Assembly: GCA_012295275.1 (NCBI GenBank)
Contig: CM022666.1
Location: forward strand, 7,440,001 to 7,504,000
Source of the DNA: Chrysomallon squamiferum
Taxonomy: Eukaryota > Animalia > Mollusca
Direction: 5' to 3'
Length of the DNA: 64,000 nucleotides
The position numbers and the translations under genes are program-made. The notes under the pieces are model-generated. The model was given only the letters and a program-made list of their open reading frames with translations, was not told where the DNA came from and did not search any database. Every line of letters begins with the position of its first letter. Positions within the stretch are counted from its first letter, which is position 1. Positions 42,201 through 55,644 of this stretch are shown one piece after another.

Positions 42201-45007
42201 AATTCAGATAAACCTCCAAAATGATGATTATCATCATTATTATTATTATTTATTATTATTATTATATGTATTTGTAAAATGTATTTTTATATATATATAT
42301 ATATAATCTACTTTTTATATATTTTTATTAGTATGTACTAAATAAGCACATTTATAAATCATCCATCATACACTTTAAACTAAATTAAACTTGCACAAAT
42401 AAATAAATAAATAAAAATTGCAACATTTCTATACAGTTCCTATCTTTACATCATTTTAAAATAGAATGATCACCTTTTAATTGTGTATTTAATTAATGAT
42501 ATCAGCTTCCTGAGTATTTTAAAATATTTCATACCTTCAAGACAGATATAACATTTTTAACACCAACAATATAAGATTAGAATATTTATTTTTTTGTTAG
42601 TCACATAAGCTCTTTCATTTACTAAATTAAATTAAAAAAAAAAAAAAAAAAATACATCTTTATTGTTCTTTAGGTATTTTTAAAAAATAAATTAAGAAAA
42701 TAATATTTTAAAGATTCTTCACACCATTTACTATCAAACTTTCGTCAATTCACAAATCATATTAGTAATGCTAATAGAAGAATCAAAAAAATTCAGTCAG
42801 TACTAAATAAAAATATAAAATACCAGACATACTCTGTAGTAAATATTCAACAATGAAAACAAAATTAACAGTTTACATATCATATTTTGTAAATTTAATA
42901 AATAAAAATTCTGTTGTCATTAAATTTTATTCAAACTATTTATTTATATTTAGATAAATATATTATGTATATATGCACATTATACATACAGTGTAGCTTA
43001 TTTTTTATATATAATACCCATTTTTATGTTCAAAGTTCAATAGTCAACAGAAAGAAACTGTATAATGTTATTGATTCTGGATTTATGAAAATTCATGTTA
43101 TTTGTTTACTTAATGCTACTGAGTTTTATTATCACCAATTTTATTAATTTTATTATCATTATCATTATTATTATATTGTGCTTAAAAAATCCCCTTTATG
43201 GTTGTACAGTATTCATGGCACACTGTATGCAGATTAAGTTCAAACAGGTATATATTTCATAAATTACCTTATTCGGTTTCCTCAAATGCAGGTGACAGAG
43301 TTTACAAAATGATTCATAATGCAGCAGGATATGGTTTCCATGGAATCTAAGGTTTATTTGTCTCTGACTATTAAATACACAATTTTTTATTTTTTATTTT
43401 TATATATTTTGTTTGCCACTGTTTATGTTGTCATGGAAGATAGCTGTTCTAAGAAATCTCATTTTGAAATGCACCTATGGTGGTACAAATAAATGATGTA
43501 AATTAGTAGATGCTTTATTTTTAACACACCAAAAAATTGTTTTATTTTATTTCTAACACTGACATCTACCTTTTGGTAAAGACAAAGTTCAGTGATAAAA
43601 AAAATAAAAAAATAAAAAATAAAATAAATAAATTTAAAAAACGTCAATATACACATTGTATACTTCCAAGTGAAGTAAAAACTAAAAATCCAGGCTTTGT
43701 TAATAATAAAGAATAAAAATGACAACATTGTAGGGATGTATGGAGGCTGCCATTTTTGTTTCACTCAACATTACAGCAATCCCTTATTACTAAGCTAAAA
43801 TTACTACACCCAGATTTTTACTTTTTAATTTCAAATTACATTTAGTCAACTATATGTTGATTCTTTATTATTATTACTGGTTTATTTTGTTCTATTTTTT
43901 GTTTTGTTCTGTACATATAAAAACATATTTAATTGGTCAGAGAATAGGTGGAAATAAAAGGTTGGAGGTTTGCTTTATATACAATGGTATTAAACAAAAT
44001 ATAACAAATAAATAAAACAAAAATATTGTCTTTATCAATATTTATACATTTTGAAAAGTAACAAAATGGAGAAATATTTTAACAGTTTTGATTTTATATT
44101 ATTATGTAAACACTGGGACACAAAAGACATGAAAACCAACAAACTTAGGAATACTGCAACAAATATTAATAACTATTAGTACAATAATGAAAGGTTCTCT
44201 CTTTTTATACAATTAAAACTGCAACAACTATAAATTATTATTTTTACCAGTTATATAATGACACAAATTTCACAACCAAGTTTCATCTTTAAATATTTTG
44301 CAAGTGCATAGAGTTTGAAAGACACACAAAACTTGGAAACGAATGTTTTAAGATAGATTTCAGGATTATAAACTGCAATATACAGCCATTTCTTTCAATT
44401 AAAACTGCAAAAGGAACAAACAAGACCAAACATTGTTCATGATATATCAAGTCACATATCAAAATTAATTTTTCATTTAAAAACATGCATAGTTTTCCTT
44501 AAATTATATAAATATATAAAAATAATAATTACAGTTGAGAGATCATTTTATAAAGTTTTAGTAATTATTATTATTATCGTTAATGTAATTAAAGTTAATT
44601 GTTTATAATTAAAAGTGCCATATTGTACAAATAAGTGATGGTGATAGACCAACTTGGAATACAGTGGCATGGCTTGTCTGTTGTTTTATTTTAAAATGTC
44701 TCACAGGTTTTCCACAGAACTCGTCTGGTAACTGTTCAAGGAGGACATTATTCATCCATCACCAATGTCATGATTGTCTCAATCAATATCAAATCTGAAT
44801 GGTGCAAATTATGAGACAATTGCTTTTTTTACTAATTAATTACCACCAGGATTTGATAGCAGATATAAAATAATTTTAAAAAATAAATAAATAAAATAAT
44901 AAATAAATAAATAAATAAAAAGAAAGGTAAGAAAGAAAGAAAAGAAAATATTAGATTCAAATTAAGATTCAAAATCATTTTCAAAAAATAACACATTTGT
45001 TTTAAAA

Positions 45008-46180
45008 TCACTTGTATATATGAATTTCTGCATCATCGGGAATGATACATTGCTTGGCATATTTCGCAAACATTTTGAAGTACTTTGGAAACACTGGACT
45101 TGGGTCATAGTGTACCAGTTCAGGAAATTCTTTCCTGAACACTGCAGTTGCTTCTTCCAGATGGTAATGCGGTACCTTTGGAAAAAGATGATGGATCTGG
45201 TGTGTTGTAATGTTGTGGATGACACCATGCACAATGCCATAATCACGGTCAACAGAGCTCAACTGACCACGGACGTTGCTCCACAGATGGTCGGCGTACC
45301 ATGGAATGTCATCGTCATGGTGGTGCAGAAATGTGATCACTACAATATTTGTTGCAAAAACAAAGAGAGGACCGAAGTAGTGGAAGCAGAATTTCAGGAA
45401 ACCAGCAGTGACTGCGAAATTGTAAAGTACCGAGCCCCAGAATGCCAGCAATGACAGAGAGATCATGCAGCCAAAGAGATGATTGCGGAACAAGGAATGG
45501 AACAGATCAAAATGTGGAACATTCCTTGGACTGTATCCTAGAACAAGATAACCAAACCAGCCAATGCCAAGACCAAAACCTGGCAAAACCTTTCCACCAT
45601 TGTTATCCTTTTCTCTGACTGGATAGAATACTTCATCTTTATCCATATTGCCTGTGTTTTTGTGATGCAGCTTGTGTGTCAGTTTCCAGGTGAAATACGG
45701 ACACATCAGGAACATGTGACAGATGTTGCCAATAATTTCATTCAAAATACGAATGTTGGAGAATGACCCATGACCACAGTCATGGCCAATCACAAACAAG
45801 GCTGTAAACAGAGTTCCTTGTACAAAGATGAAAAGAGGGGCAACTGCTAGTAAAGCTGGTGTACTCAGATGATTCCACAAATACTCGCCAATGTAATAAA
45901 GTGCGACAACGCCTGCAAAATCTCGCAGTGCATAGTACACAGAGGTTGCCGTGTCTGGAACAAAGCAGTGTTTGGGTATCTTTTTCTTAATTTCAATGAT
46001 CGATGGAAGCTTCCGTGGCAGTTTGACCTTGGACAGGCTGTCAGTATTAACATCATCAGAAAGTGGTGAGGCAATCTCGTCAGAATGTTCTGTGGATTGT
46101 TCATCAGTTACTGAGGTAACTAGAAAGAAATTGAACACCATCTGTGCCCATCCAGAAATCCCAGACTTCCAGCTACCCAT
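45008..46180 (-). CDS. Methyl-end (omega-x) fatty acid desaturase copy C, 390 aa, intronless CDS
   Basis: His boxes HDCGH, HKLHH, HQIHH; IKKKIPKHCF; HHLFPKVPHYHLEEAT. Likely start is the ATG at 46180 (MGSWKSG), 7 nt after the acceptor TTTTGCAG at 46188-46189. Confidence 0.96.
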   Translation of the reverse strand: MGSWKSGISGWAQMVFNFFLVTSVTDEQSTEHSDEIASPLSDDVNTDSLSKVKLPRKLPSIIEIKKKIPKHCFVPDTATSVYYALRDFAGVVALYYIGEYLWNHLSTPALLAVAPLFIFVQGTLFTALFVIGHDCGHGSFSNIRILNEIIGNICHMFLMCPYFTWKLTHKLHHKNTGNMDKDEVFYPVREKDNNGGKVLPGFGLGIGWFGYLVLGYSPRNVPHFDLFHSLFRNHLFGCMISLSLLAFWGSVLYNFAVTAGFLKFCFHYFGPLFVFATNIVVITFLHHHDDDIPWYADHLWSNVRGQLSSVDRDYGIVHGVIHNITTHQIHHLFPKVPHYHLEEATAVFRKEFPELVHYDPSPVFPKYFKMFAKYAKQCIIPDDAEIHIYK

Positions 46181-47680
46181 GTTGAGTCTGCAAAAGCAAG
46201 ACGAGTGTATAAACGACATCTGCACTCTTTCACACTCTTGTACGTTTTCTATTTACTTTTTAATTTGAAAATAGATAAAACTAACCTAAAATTACTATAC
46301 CCAGATTTTTCTTTTTAATTTTAATTTTTTTATTAATTCTTCTTCTTTATTTAATGACAACATTTTCTTTAAATTTTATTATGATTTTTTATATGTATTT
46401 ATTAAATCAGCCATCAACTCTAGCTGAATATTCAAATATGAAACAACTAAACCAAGAAAAAGAAAAATGAAAGAAAATCTATGAAAATTAACCTGAATAT
46501 ATTTTGACATTCTTCTGCCATGCAAGGAACAAGCAAAAAAAAGCAACACCTTGCAACCAAAATATATTTAAATAAAATATTAAAATACTCTAGAAAATAA
46601 CAGATATATTTTGAACAAAACTATCTGATGCAATCTTAAAAATATCTGATGCAATCATATTAATCTAATGTAAGAATGTGTTTCTTTACTAACCTACCCA
46701 TGTTTTAATCTGAACAGTATATTTCCATAATTTTTAATGTCCTAATAATAGTAAAAGTACTTGCTCTATGATACATATCCTTTAATACAAAAAATAAATT
46801 CATCTATTCTAAGTAGGTCTCTGTCAAACAGATTCTGTATCTATGTCACAAACTGGCTAACAAGTATTCTGTCAGTGCAGTATGTTCAAAAATAATACAG
46901 AAAACAAAGAGGCTCCAAAGATCAATATATACCAATTAAAATTCTGTGCATGGTGTTTTGTTTAATTTATTCTGGTTTTTCATTATTATTTTTTTTTTTT
47001 TTTTGTGTGTCTTTATTTCTTTTTTCCTTTATATTTTTGTATTTGTTTATTTGTTTATTATTATTTTTATATAGATGAGTCCACATTACAAATGAACACA
47101 ATGATGAATAACAGATTATCAAAATACAAACTGCTCAAGTCAAAACAAGCCATTTTTGTTTTAGATTCTAGCAGCTCTCAACATACATAAAGCTGATAAA
47201 CCTACTAGCAGGAACAAATCATTATATATTGCTGTTACTGTCAGTACAAGTTGAAGAGAATAATAAAACAGAAATACAAGAAATGCCAGAGAAATGAAGA
47301 ATGAATCATTCATTTGTAGCATATAGTAAGCTCAAAACTCCTGTTAGCACAAGCTTAAGCATTTAAAATAAAACACAAATGTTAGAAATGGCATAAAGAA
47401 ATCAAACACAGAGACAGACACACGTACATCTTGACATATCTTGATACACAAGAGATCACATATAATGAACTCAGTATGGTTTCATTTCATTTTTTAATTT
47501 TTTAATAACACTTTTAGGTTAATAGAATGTTTATCTTTTAACTGTAAAATGGATGAAGCAGTTATAAACTGCACACTGTTAGAAGCAGAAGTAGTAGTAG
47601 ACTTAGTACTATTTTGTAACCACCTGGATTTTGCTGATTCAGTATTTCCCAATATGTATGTATGTATGTATGTATGTATA

Positions 47681-47730
<50 letters not shown>

Positions 47731-49402
47731 CATGTGTGTCACTTGTTGAATAAAATAATAAGTAAATAATAATCATAATTACAGAATCATTAGAGAAAAC
47801 AAATTGCCACATTATTAGTAAATTATTATTTTTGTTTGTCTTCTGTTGAAAACAGTTGGGAACATTTAGCTCTAATATGTGTTTTCAGAATAAATTTATA
47901 ACTGGATCAATGTTGAAATTTTTTCGAGAAACTGATAGCCAGGTATTTTTTTTCATAAATTTTACCAGCAACAAAAATCAGATAATACTTAATACATAAT
48001 ATTTTGTGCCTTGGAAAATTATGAACAATAAAACACAAGTACTGTAAATAATAACCATCTGGCCATAAATGTGTGCAAGTAATTGCAATTTCTTCAATAT
48101 TTTTTAACTTATCTTAAACAATAATGTAATAAAAGGTATTTACAATTTTTTCATTTAAAATATGTCAAACTTGGTGAATGAGTAACATTATTAACATTCT
48201 TTCTACCACAAAGTCTGAAATTTAAACTGAATATTTAAGTATGCACATATAATCAATATTATATACATGCTGGCAAAAAGTAGACACATGCACTGCCAAA
48301 ATTGTGTCCAAGATGACTTTGTCGTTAATACACATGCAGTATAATTACATCCTAACAAAGCAAATTATATAAGCTCCATGCTGCACATGCAAAGATTTTA
48401 TGGCACCACTACAATAGCCAGAAGAAAATAATTCAGTATTTCTTAAATGCAGATTGTTTTACCTTATACACCCTCGCACAAATTAGATCCAAAACAAGAC
48501 AGAAGATCATGTAATAACATGCAATAAAAATACAAAGAACTGTCACATTAAAGATCACTTTGCTATCACCTTTCCTTGCAGAATTACCTTTAAATCCACA
48601 AACAAATTATTACGTTATTGCAGTTAGCTTAAACTAAACAATACTAAGTTATATATACTGACATTATCACAGCAAACTGATTTTTGACCCCAGGGCTGTC
48701 AACTTACAAATGCATAGATAAAAGGTCTCTATACTGACAGTTTTGTTTTTATATCAGTTCTGTATCACACAAATTACATGGTGACAGATGTACAGCAAGA
48801 TAAACAGCAGATATTTACTGCACTAATTAACAGATTCCTCTTTCTCCCCATTCAGTTCTATTAAATAAAGCTTTAAAAATGAATAATAAAATGTTTGCAG
48901 TTAATTTTTCGTTTACAATATTGTTTATGTATTCAGTGGTTTGATCAACTAGTGGATCTAGTTACTGCATACCAAGTATAAATAGAATATTTTTAAAAAA
49001 GCAGAACTAAATATTATGCATTGTTGTCTGTATCACAAATCAGATGTAATTTTACCTGTATCATATAGTCATTTGAATGAAGGTTATGCTGTCATGAGTG
49101 GTGAAAATAAAAATGTTACTTTACAGGTCGTAGAAGTGAAACAATCTACAAGTTACCATAAAAAAACACCTAATACCAGTATATTCTTTTATGACAAACA
49201 TTAACCCATAATTCTGGCAACATTTAATATTATAATAACCATTTATATGAACATCTTCAACCCACACAACATATCATACAAACAGTTCGGGTTCATCACA
49301 AAGTTCATCGAGTTATTCTCCTAATTGAAAGAAATTAGTCCTTTTTTTTTCAATTCAAAAAAAAATATATAAGCATATACAAAAGTAAAATTAAAAAATA
49401 TT

Positions 49403-49478
<76 letters not shown>

Positions 49479-52210
49479 TTTTGTAATTTAATTTTTGAAA
49501 TACCAGAAAAATAATTTAACAACCATATGAAGAATGTTAATTTTTTCTAAAATTTTCCATTATTTATAGTATTTGTTTTTACATTCCAAATTTGAGATCT
49601 CTAGCACAACAAGTTCATGCAGTGTCTACCTCATACAAGTTTCACTATTAGGACAAGTACAAAAATGAATTGTGAAAAAAATGACACAGTTTTATTCAGT
49701 GTATTTCCACATACTCTGGCTATGGAGATAATGTTATGTATAATTATTATGTTATCTGCATGTATCTTTTTTCTTTTGACAAACAAAAAAAATAAAAAGC
49801 CCCTGAAAATTTATCAAAAAAAGTAATTTTCTTAATGGATATTACAAAAACTGAAAAATGATTTTCTAAAATACTTAGCGCGATTCCTTAACAATAGGTG
49901 AGCAAAATCCATGATTAAAGACTTTACTGAAAACATCAATTTTTAATATTCTTTTATAAATTTACATCAAAATTTAATTAAATTATTTTGTAAATGGCAT
50001 TTGTCTCTTTAAAATTTTACACATCTTTTGCATACTACTTCACCCTGTCAACAAAATTAATGACTAAGTACCATAGAAAACAAACTTACCTAGTCTGATT
50101 TATGTTATTATTATTATTATTGTTATTATTTTACTGGCATTTTGTATGATAATTTAAGGAAAATGTTTGCTGAATGTATTTTTATATCTTCATTAAATAT
50201 GAATTTCACCATGGTTTGTAACGAACATTATGACATGAAATACTGACAAATTTAACAACAAACAATATGAAATACTGAACATAATCTTTAAATTCCATTT
50301 TGATTTTGAAGTGTTTTCAATTAAAAAGACGTAATAAAAAAGACACAAAAATGAAATGGTGATTGATAAGACAATTATCTGCAAGTAAAATATAAATTTA
50401 TCACTTTCTGAGATGTTATTACCATCAAAAATGAGGAAAACCCATGAAAATACTTGACATTCACAATCACATTAAATGTTTTATTAAATCATAAAATGGT
50501 TATGTCAAAATACATGTTATAAATCCTCTAAAAAAAAATGTCCATGATTAATCCAGAGTCAAAAGGGTAATAATAATCTGAAATAACTAAATATAAGTAG
50601 ATAAGTTGCTTAATGTAAATTTCATTTATTATATATGAACTGAAACTGAAAAAAAAATACTGGTTTACACCATTTCATTTTATTTTTATCTTGTTATAAT
50701 AAATTTTTAAAATGCATTAATGAAAACTGTTGTCTGTAAATTTTCATTAATTAAATTGCATCATACATGCATCACGATTTTGAGCATCCATATATATATA
50801 TATATTTTTAATAATTTAAAAAATAATTTAAAAAATAATAAAATAAATAAATAGAACAAATATAACAATTAACTATAAATAAATGTTTTTGTTGCAGCTG
50901 CAATATAAATTGTTTTTTTTTTCACTTTTGTTTTTGTTTTGTTTTTTGTTTCCCCTTTTCAGAAGAGGGGTTGGTTTGGATGTTAGTCCGTTCCGAAGTT
51001 AATTTACTGTTAGTATTAGCGTTAGTTGATTAAAATATTAAATATTTTGTATGTGTGTACGTACGTTTTCAAGACGACCTTTGATCCGCTATCTATAAAA
51101 AAAGATAAATTTTGCCAGCTTTGTATTTCAATTCTATTGCTAAACACGTTGCAGTTTTGTTAATCACGTCTGCAGCCAAGGTGAACACGTGCTTCTCAGT
51201 GTTGGTTAGCGGGCGTAAACCAGTCGATAAAATTAAACAGTTAATCTTTAGAATCAAATTTAGCTTTAAAATTTAGAACAATTACTGAAATATAAATGTA
51301 ATGTTTATTCATTTGACATCCATAATTTATTATTTTGTTTATCTTTTAAATATAATTTTTATTATTTATCCTAAGTTATAGATTAGTCGGACGTACTGTT
51401 ATCAAACTTGCATTTGATTGGTTGATTTGTATCGGTTGATCAAAGTAAAAGGTTCATACATCTCTAATGATACTAATATAATCAGTGTGGTTAATTAATG
51501 GTGTTTACTTGTTTTAAATGTATATACTGATTAGTTTTATTATATTATTTATTATTAAATATATAATTTGTATTATTAGTATTATACAAAAAGAATGATA
51601 TTTATATTAAAAAGTATTTTCTTTCTTTTTTTGAAGAGTTCATTTCAGGCGCGATATTTAAACAGCTTTCGATTACTGATACGATTTACATTACTGTGTG
51701 TAACATAATTATAATTATAAATGAATAATCTTGAAAAGTTGGTGTACAGTAAATTCCCATTAAATTGTCTTATACGTGTGTCACTTTGTATTGAATTACA
51801 TTTATATTTCATTATATTATAAAGTTGATGATGCAGATAACAGTAACAGTAACGACAATAACAACAGCAACAACAACAGTAATAATAATAGATTAATTAA
51901 TTAATTTTAACAATCAAAATGTACATCAAAAATATACATAGTGTCGTGAACAATCAGAAATTCTAAACTGCATTTACATTCTCGTTGTCTTTCGTTTTTT
52001 CTTTACTTCCATGAGATTGTTTTATATATACAGTCTTGGGCAACCTTTGCCAATAATAAAGTATATGGGATAAAATAAGAAGCTATCGTAAAACACGGAG
52101 TCTGCACAGCGCCCGTTTACTCGTATTTTCATGGCCTAGCACTTACTTAGACAATAAAATGCTCTAAATATTTTTAAAATTTATTTATTTATTTATTTAT
52201 TTATTATTAC

Positions 52211-52258
<48 letters not shown>

Positions 52259-52467
52259 TTATTTATTATATATTTTTATTATCTTTTATTATTATTATTA
52301 TTATTATTATTTTTAATTATTACTATTAAATATAGATATAAATGCTTTTAATATCAGAAAAACAATAACAGCAAATTTTTACCTAAGTTTATAGCATGGA
52401 GAATAAATGTAGGTGAATAACTCAACAAAACAAAACTAAATCCAAACAAAGAGAAGATAATTCTTAC

Positions 52468-52690
52468 CTGCACAGTCAGTCAAGAAAAACGTCTTCGTTG
52501 TTTCGGCTTTTCTCACGAAGTGAATTCGGGACTTGCCGTTTTCTCACGAAGTTAGTTCGGAAATCGCGGCTGATTGGTCATAATTAGATAAAAGGACTTT
52601 TTAGTGTGGCGTGATACTCTTGTCACGTAATCGGCCATTTTGCATTAGCAGGGGTTATCGGCATCACGTTTACGAAGAAGGCTAACTCAA
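52468..52690 (-). promoter_or_regulatory. Candidate first exon and promoter of desaturase copy C
   Basis: CAG|GTAAGA donor at 52468/52467; CCAAT box (plus GATTGG 52572-52577); SRE ATCACGCCAC (plus GTGGCGTGAT 52606-52615); direct repeat TTTTCTCACGAAGT x2; local CpG enrichment. Confidence 0.6.
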
Positions 52691-53413
52691 GGTTGAATAA
52701 TTATCATCAAAATATGTACTCCGGGTAAAAAGATAATTACAAATACTACGCAATAAAAACCAGTGAAAGGCCTTAGACTGCAATAATAAGATGAAGGAAT
52801 ATTTTTAGAATCGAATTTTCTAACAAAAAAAAAACGGCTGCAGTTTTCCTTTTTGCATCAATATTTATTTTTTTATTTATATATATATATATAACTGTTT
52901 GATTCATAATTTTAATAATTATAATCAGGAAAGTTATCATTATATTAGAATAACCTTAGAATTCAAAATTAAGACGTTAAATAAAATAAAATAAAATCAA
53001 TCATTCACAACATTTCTCCAACAAAAACAAAATGGTCTTAAGAACCAATACAGACTGAGTCTCGTTACTGATTAAATGTAGGCGACCACATTAATATGTA
53101 ATTAAACTATTAATTAAATCAAAATTGCTTTTAACAAACTGATTTTTATCTAGAATACAGTTCCTGCTTAGCATTCTTCCTGCTAATGAATAAATAAATG
53201 TAGTATTATTTTACAATTTCTGGGTTCTGTCAAATATACTTATACGACTGAGTTGCCATTAATTTCTTTTTCATTATATTCAAAATATTTGAATAAAATC
53301 GTATTAGCATCTAGGTAACTCTTGGTAATTCATTAATCATTCTATTGTCGAAATAAAATTATAAATATGAATATATGGTTTTACACAACCTCTTTAACGA
53401 AGAATAAATAAAT

Positions 53414-53418
53414 AAAAA
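53414..53418 (-). terminator. Pol III T-run terminator of tRNA-Asp
   Basis: T5 on the minus strand ~10 nt downstream of the tRNA 3' end. Confidence 0.7.
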
Positions 53419-53427
53419 TGTATGATC

Positions 53428-53499
53428 CTCCCCGGCGGGGAATTGAACCCCGGTCTCCCGCGTGACAGGCGGGGATACTAACCACTATACTACCGAGGA
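53428..53499 (-). tRNA. tRNA-Asp(GTC)
   Basis: 72 nt TCCTCGGTAGTATAGTGGTTAGTATCCCCGCCTGTCACGCGGGAGACCGGGGTTCAATTCCCCGCCGGGGAG; intact acceptor, D, anticodon (CT GTC AC) and T arms; canonical metazoan tRNA-Asp. Confidence 0.98.
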
Positions 53500-54183
53500 T
53501 TACATGCTCATTATGTCGAGAAATAAAGATGTCAAGACTGGTGAAGTTGATAAAATAAAACGCGTAAATACTTAAGATCAGTTTAAATAAAAATAATCCT
53601 GTTTCTAATACATTTATTAATTATTCGAACTTTTTCTGATCTGTTCCGAATTTCATTTTATATAGGGCCTGTAGCGTAATGATTTTCCAAAAAGAATTTT
53701 TTTTTTATTATTATTATTTGTTTTTTAGATGCATGTTTTGTTGCAAGTTAATATACTTATTTAGTAATTATGCAATTTATATTTATCTTCTGTTAGCATA
53801 AATTTATTCAATATTTTGCTATGTCGTTTTTGTTTCACTGCTACTGAAGATAAAAAAAAGTTCTTACAAAGCAGCAGAAACCCGGACTATTACCGGTTGT
53901 CAGACTTGTTAAATCAGCAAATTTATTCAAACACTGACTGCTATGCATAACAACAACAACAACAACAACAACAACAATAATAATAACAATAATAATAATA
54001 ATAATAATAATAAATTGGAAGAATAATATAATAACTTTTCATATTAAAATATTCTTAAGATTGATACTGATATTGCAGTATCGATCAATTCATAAAATTA
54101 AAATTAGTTAACGCATTATGTAAACACCATCATAAAAGAAAATGAAGAAAAAGACCCTCAGATCTGAAATCAGTGTATGTGGG

Positions 54184-54220
<37 letters not shown>

Positions 54221-55329
54221 GCATTATATATATATATATATATATATAACATACTGGCCACAAACTCAGACAATTTTTGCCTCTTTTACTATCAGTATCA
54301 TCACTTTGCAAGAATTATAAAAGCCTGTATTAGTCGATTCCCGAATAATTTTCATTGCACATCTCTTAGTATAATGAAGTCATAGCGTTTAACCAATTTG
54401 TATCAGAACTCATAAACTCTAGGCTTCTCCATCCAAGGATTAAAACTAGCATCCTGACTACAAGAATCAGCCAGTCCTGTTGTGATATTTATGACGTCAC
54501 TGCTCAGAAATGGTGTTAAATCATACAAGTTATTACAGGGATGCATCAGACTGAAGGATGGGGAGGGAGTCAAAGTATGTACCCAATTCCCGAAACATCA
54601 AAGAACTCTTCTGGGTAAAAGACGGGTTGTCTACCTTCCATCTTTTCCTGTTCCTGTTTGCTTTCGCCGTCACACAAAACCTGTGCAGACTTAATCTCTG
54701 ATCTCGTCTCGTAAATGAAACGTCCGAAGCATCGATCTAAAGAAAGGTGAAACGAAATCAATTAATGAATTGAATTACCAAAGCCATTGTTTTTATTGGA
54801 TTTCCTATAACGGGGACAAAGAACACACAACTGAGGTATTGAGCGATGAAGACCACTTCACACAAACTCTTCTTCAGGTGTTTACTTTTCCCATACCCTT
54901 TATCAGATCTTAATTCTTCAAGTTATATTTCTTTTCCATTTTTTCTCTTTTTTTTTTTTTTATATTCCTTTTTGGTTGGTGTTATTATTGTAGTAGTAGT
55001 AGTAGGTTTTTAGATGTATTCCGTTTTGCTGTATTGTAGTTGCAGAATTTGAAGTAGAAGAAGTGGTAGAAAAATTAGTAGTAATTGGTTTAGTAGTAGT
55101 AGCAGAAGGATGTTGCTTCGAAGCAGAAGTAGCTGTAGTAGTTGTATTGAAAGTAATAGCAGGAATAGCAGTAGTAATAGTAGTTGTAGTGAAAATAGTA
55201 ATAGTAGCAACAGCACTAGTAATAGTAGTAGAACTGGTTTTAGCAGTAGTAGTAATAGTGTTAATTTTAATTAATTACTTAGGAGAAATGAGAATTATAT
55301 TTTGCGTAAGTATTTAATTTTCATAGATT

Positions 55330-55389
<60 letters not shown>

Positions 55390-55528
55390 GGTGATGTCAG
55401 TGGTTTTTGTATTAATGGTTATACCATTATTATTATCTTTTCTTAATTTTTATTTTATTTACATCTTTGTTCGTTTTATTGAATTTTTTTATTTATTTAT
55501 ATATTAAATTAAAATAACATAATAACAT

Positions 55529-55563
<35 letters not shown>

Positions 55564-55606
55564 TCAATAATAATAATAATAATAAAAATACTTCAACACT
55601 GATATA

Positions 55607-55644
<38 letters not shown>

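Noticed and set aside
46181-46225. N-terminal extensions given by the ORF track for copy C (and 29899-29919 for copy B)
   Set aside because: Non-ATG starts; in C the extension crosses the splice acceptor.
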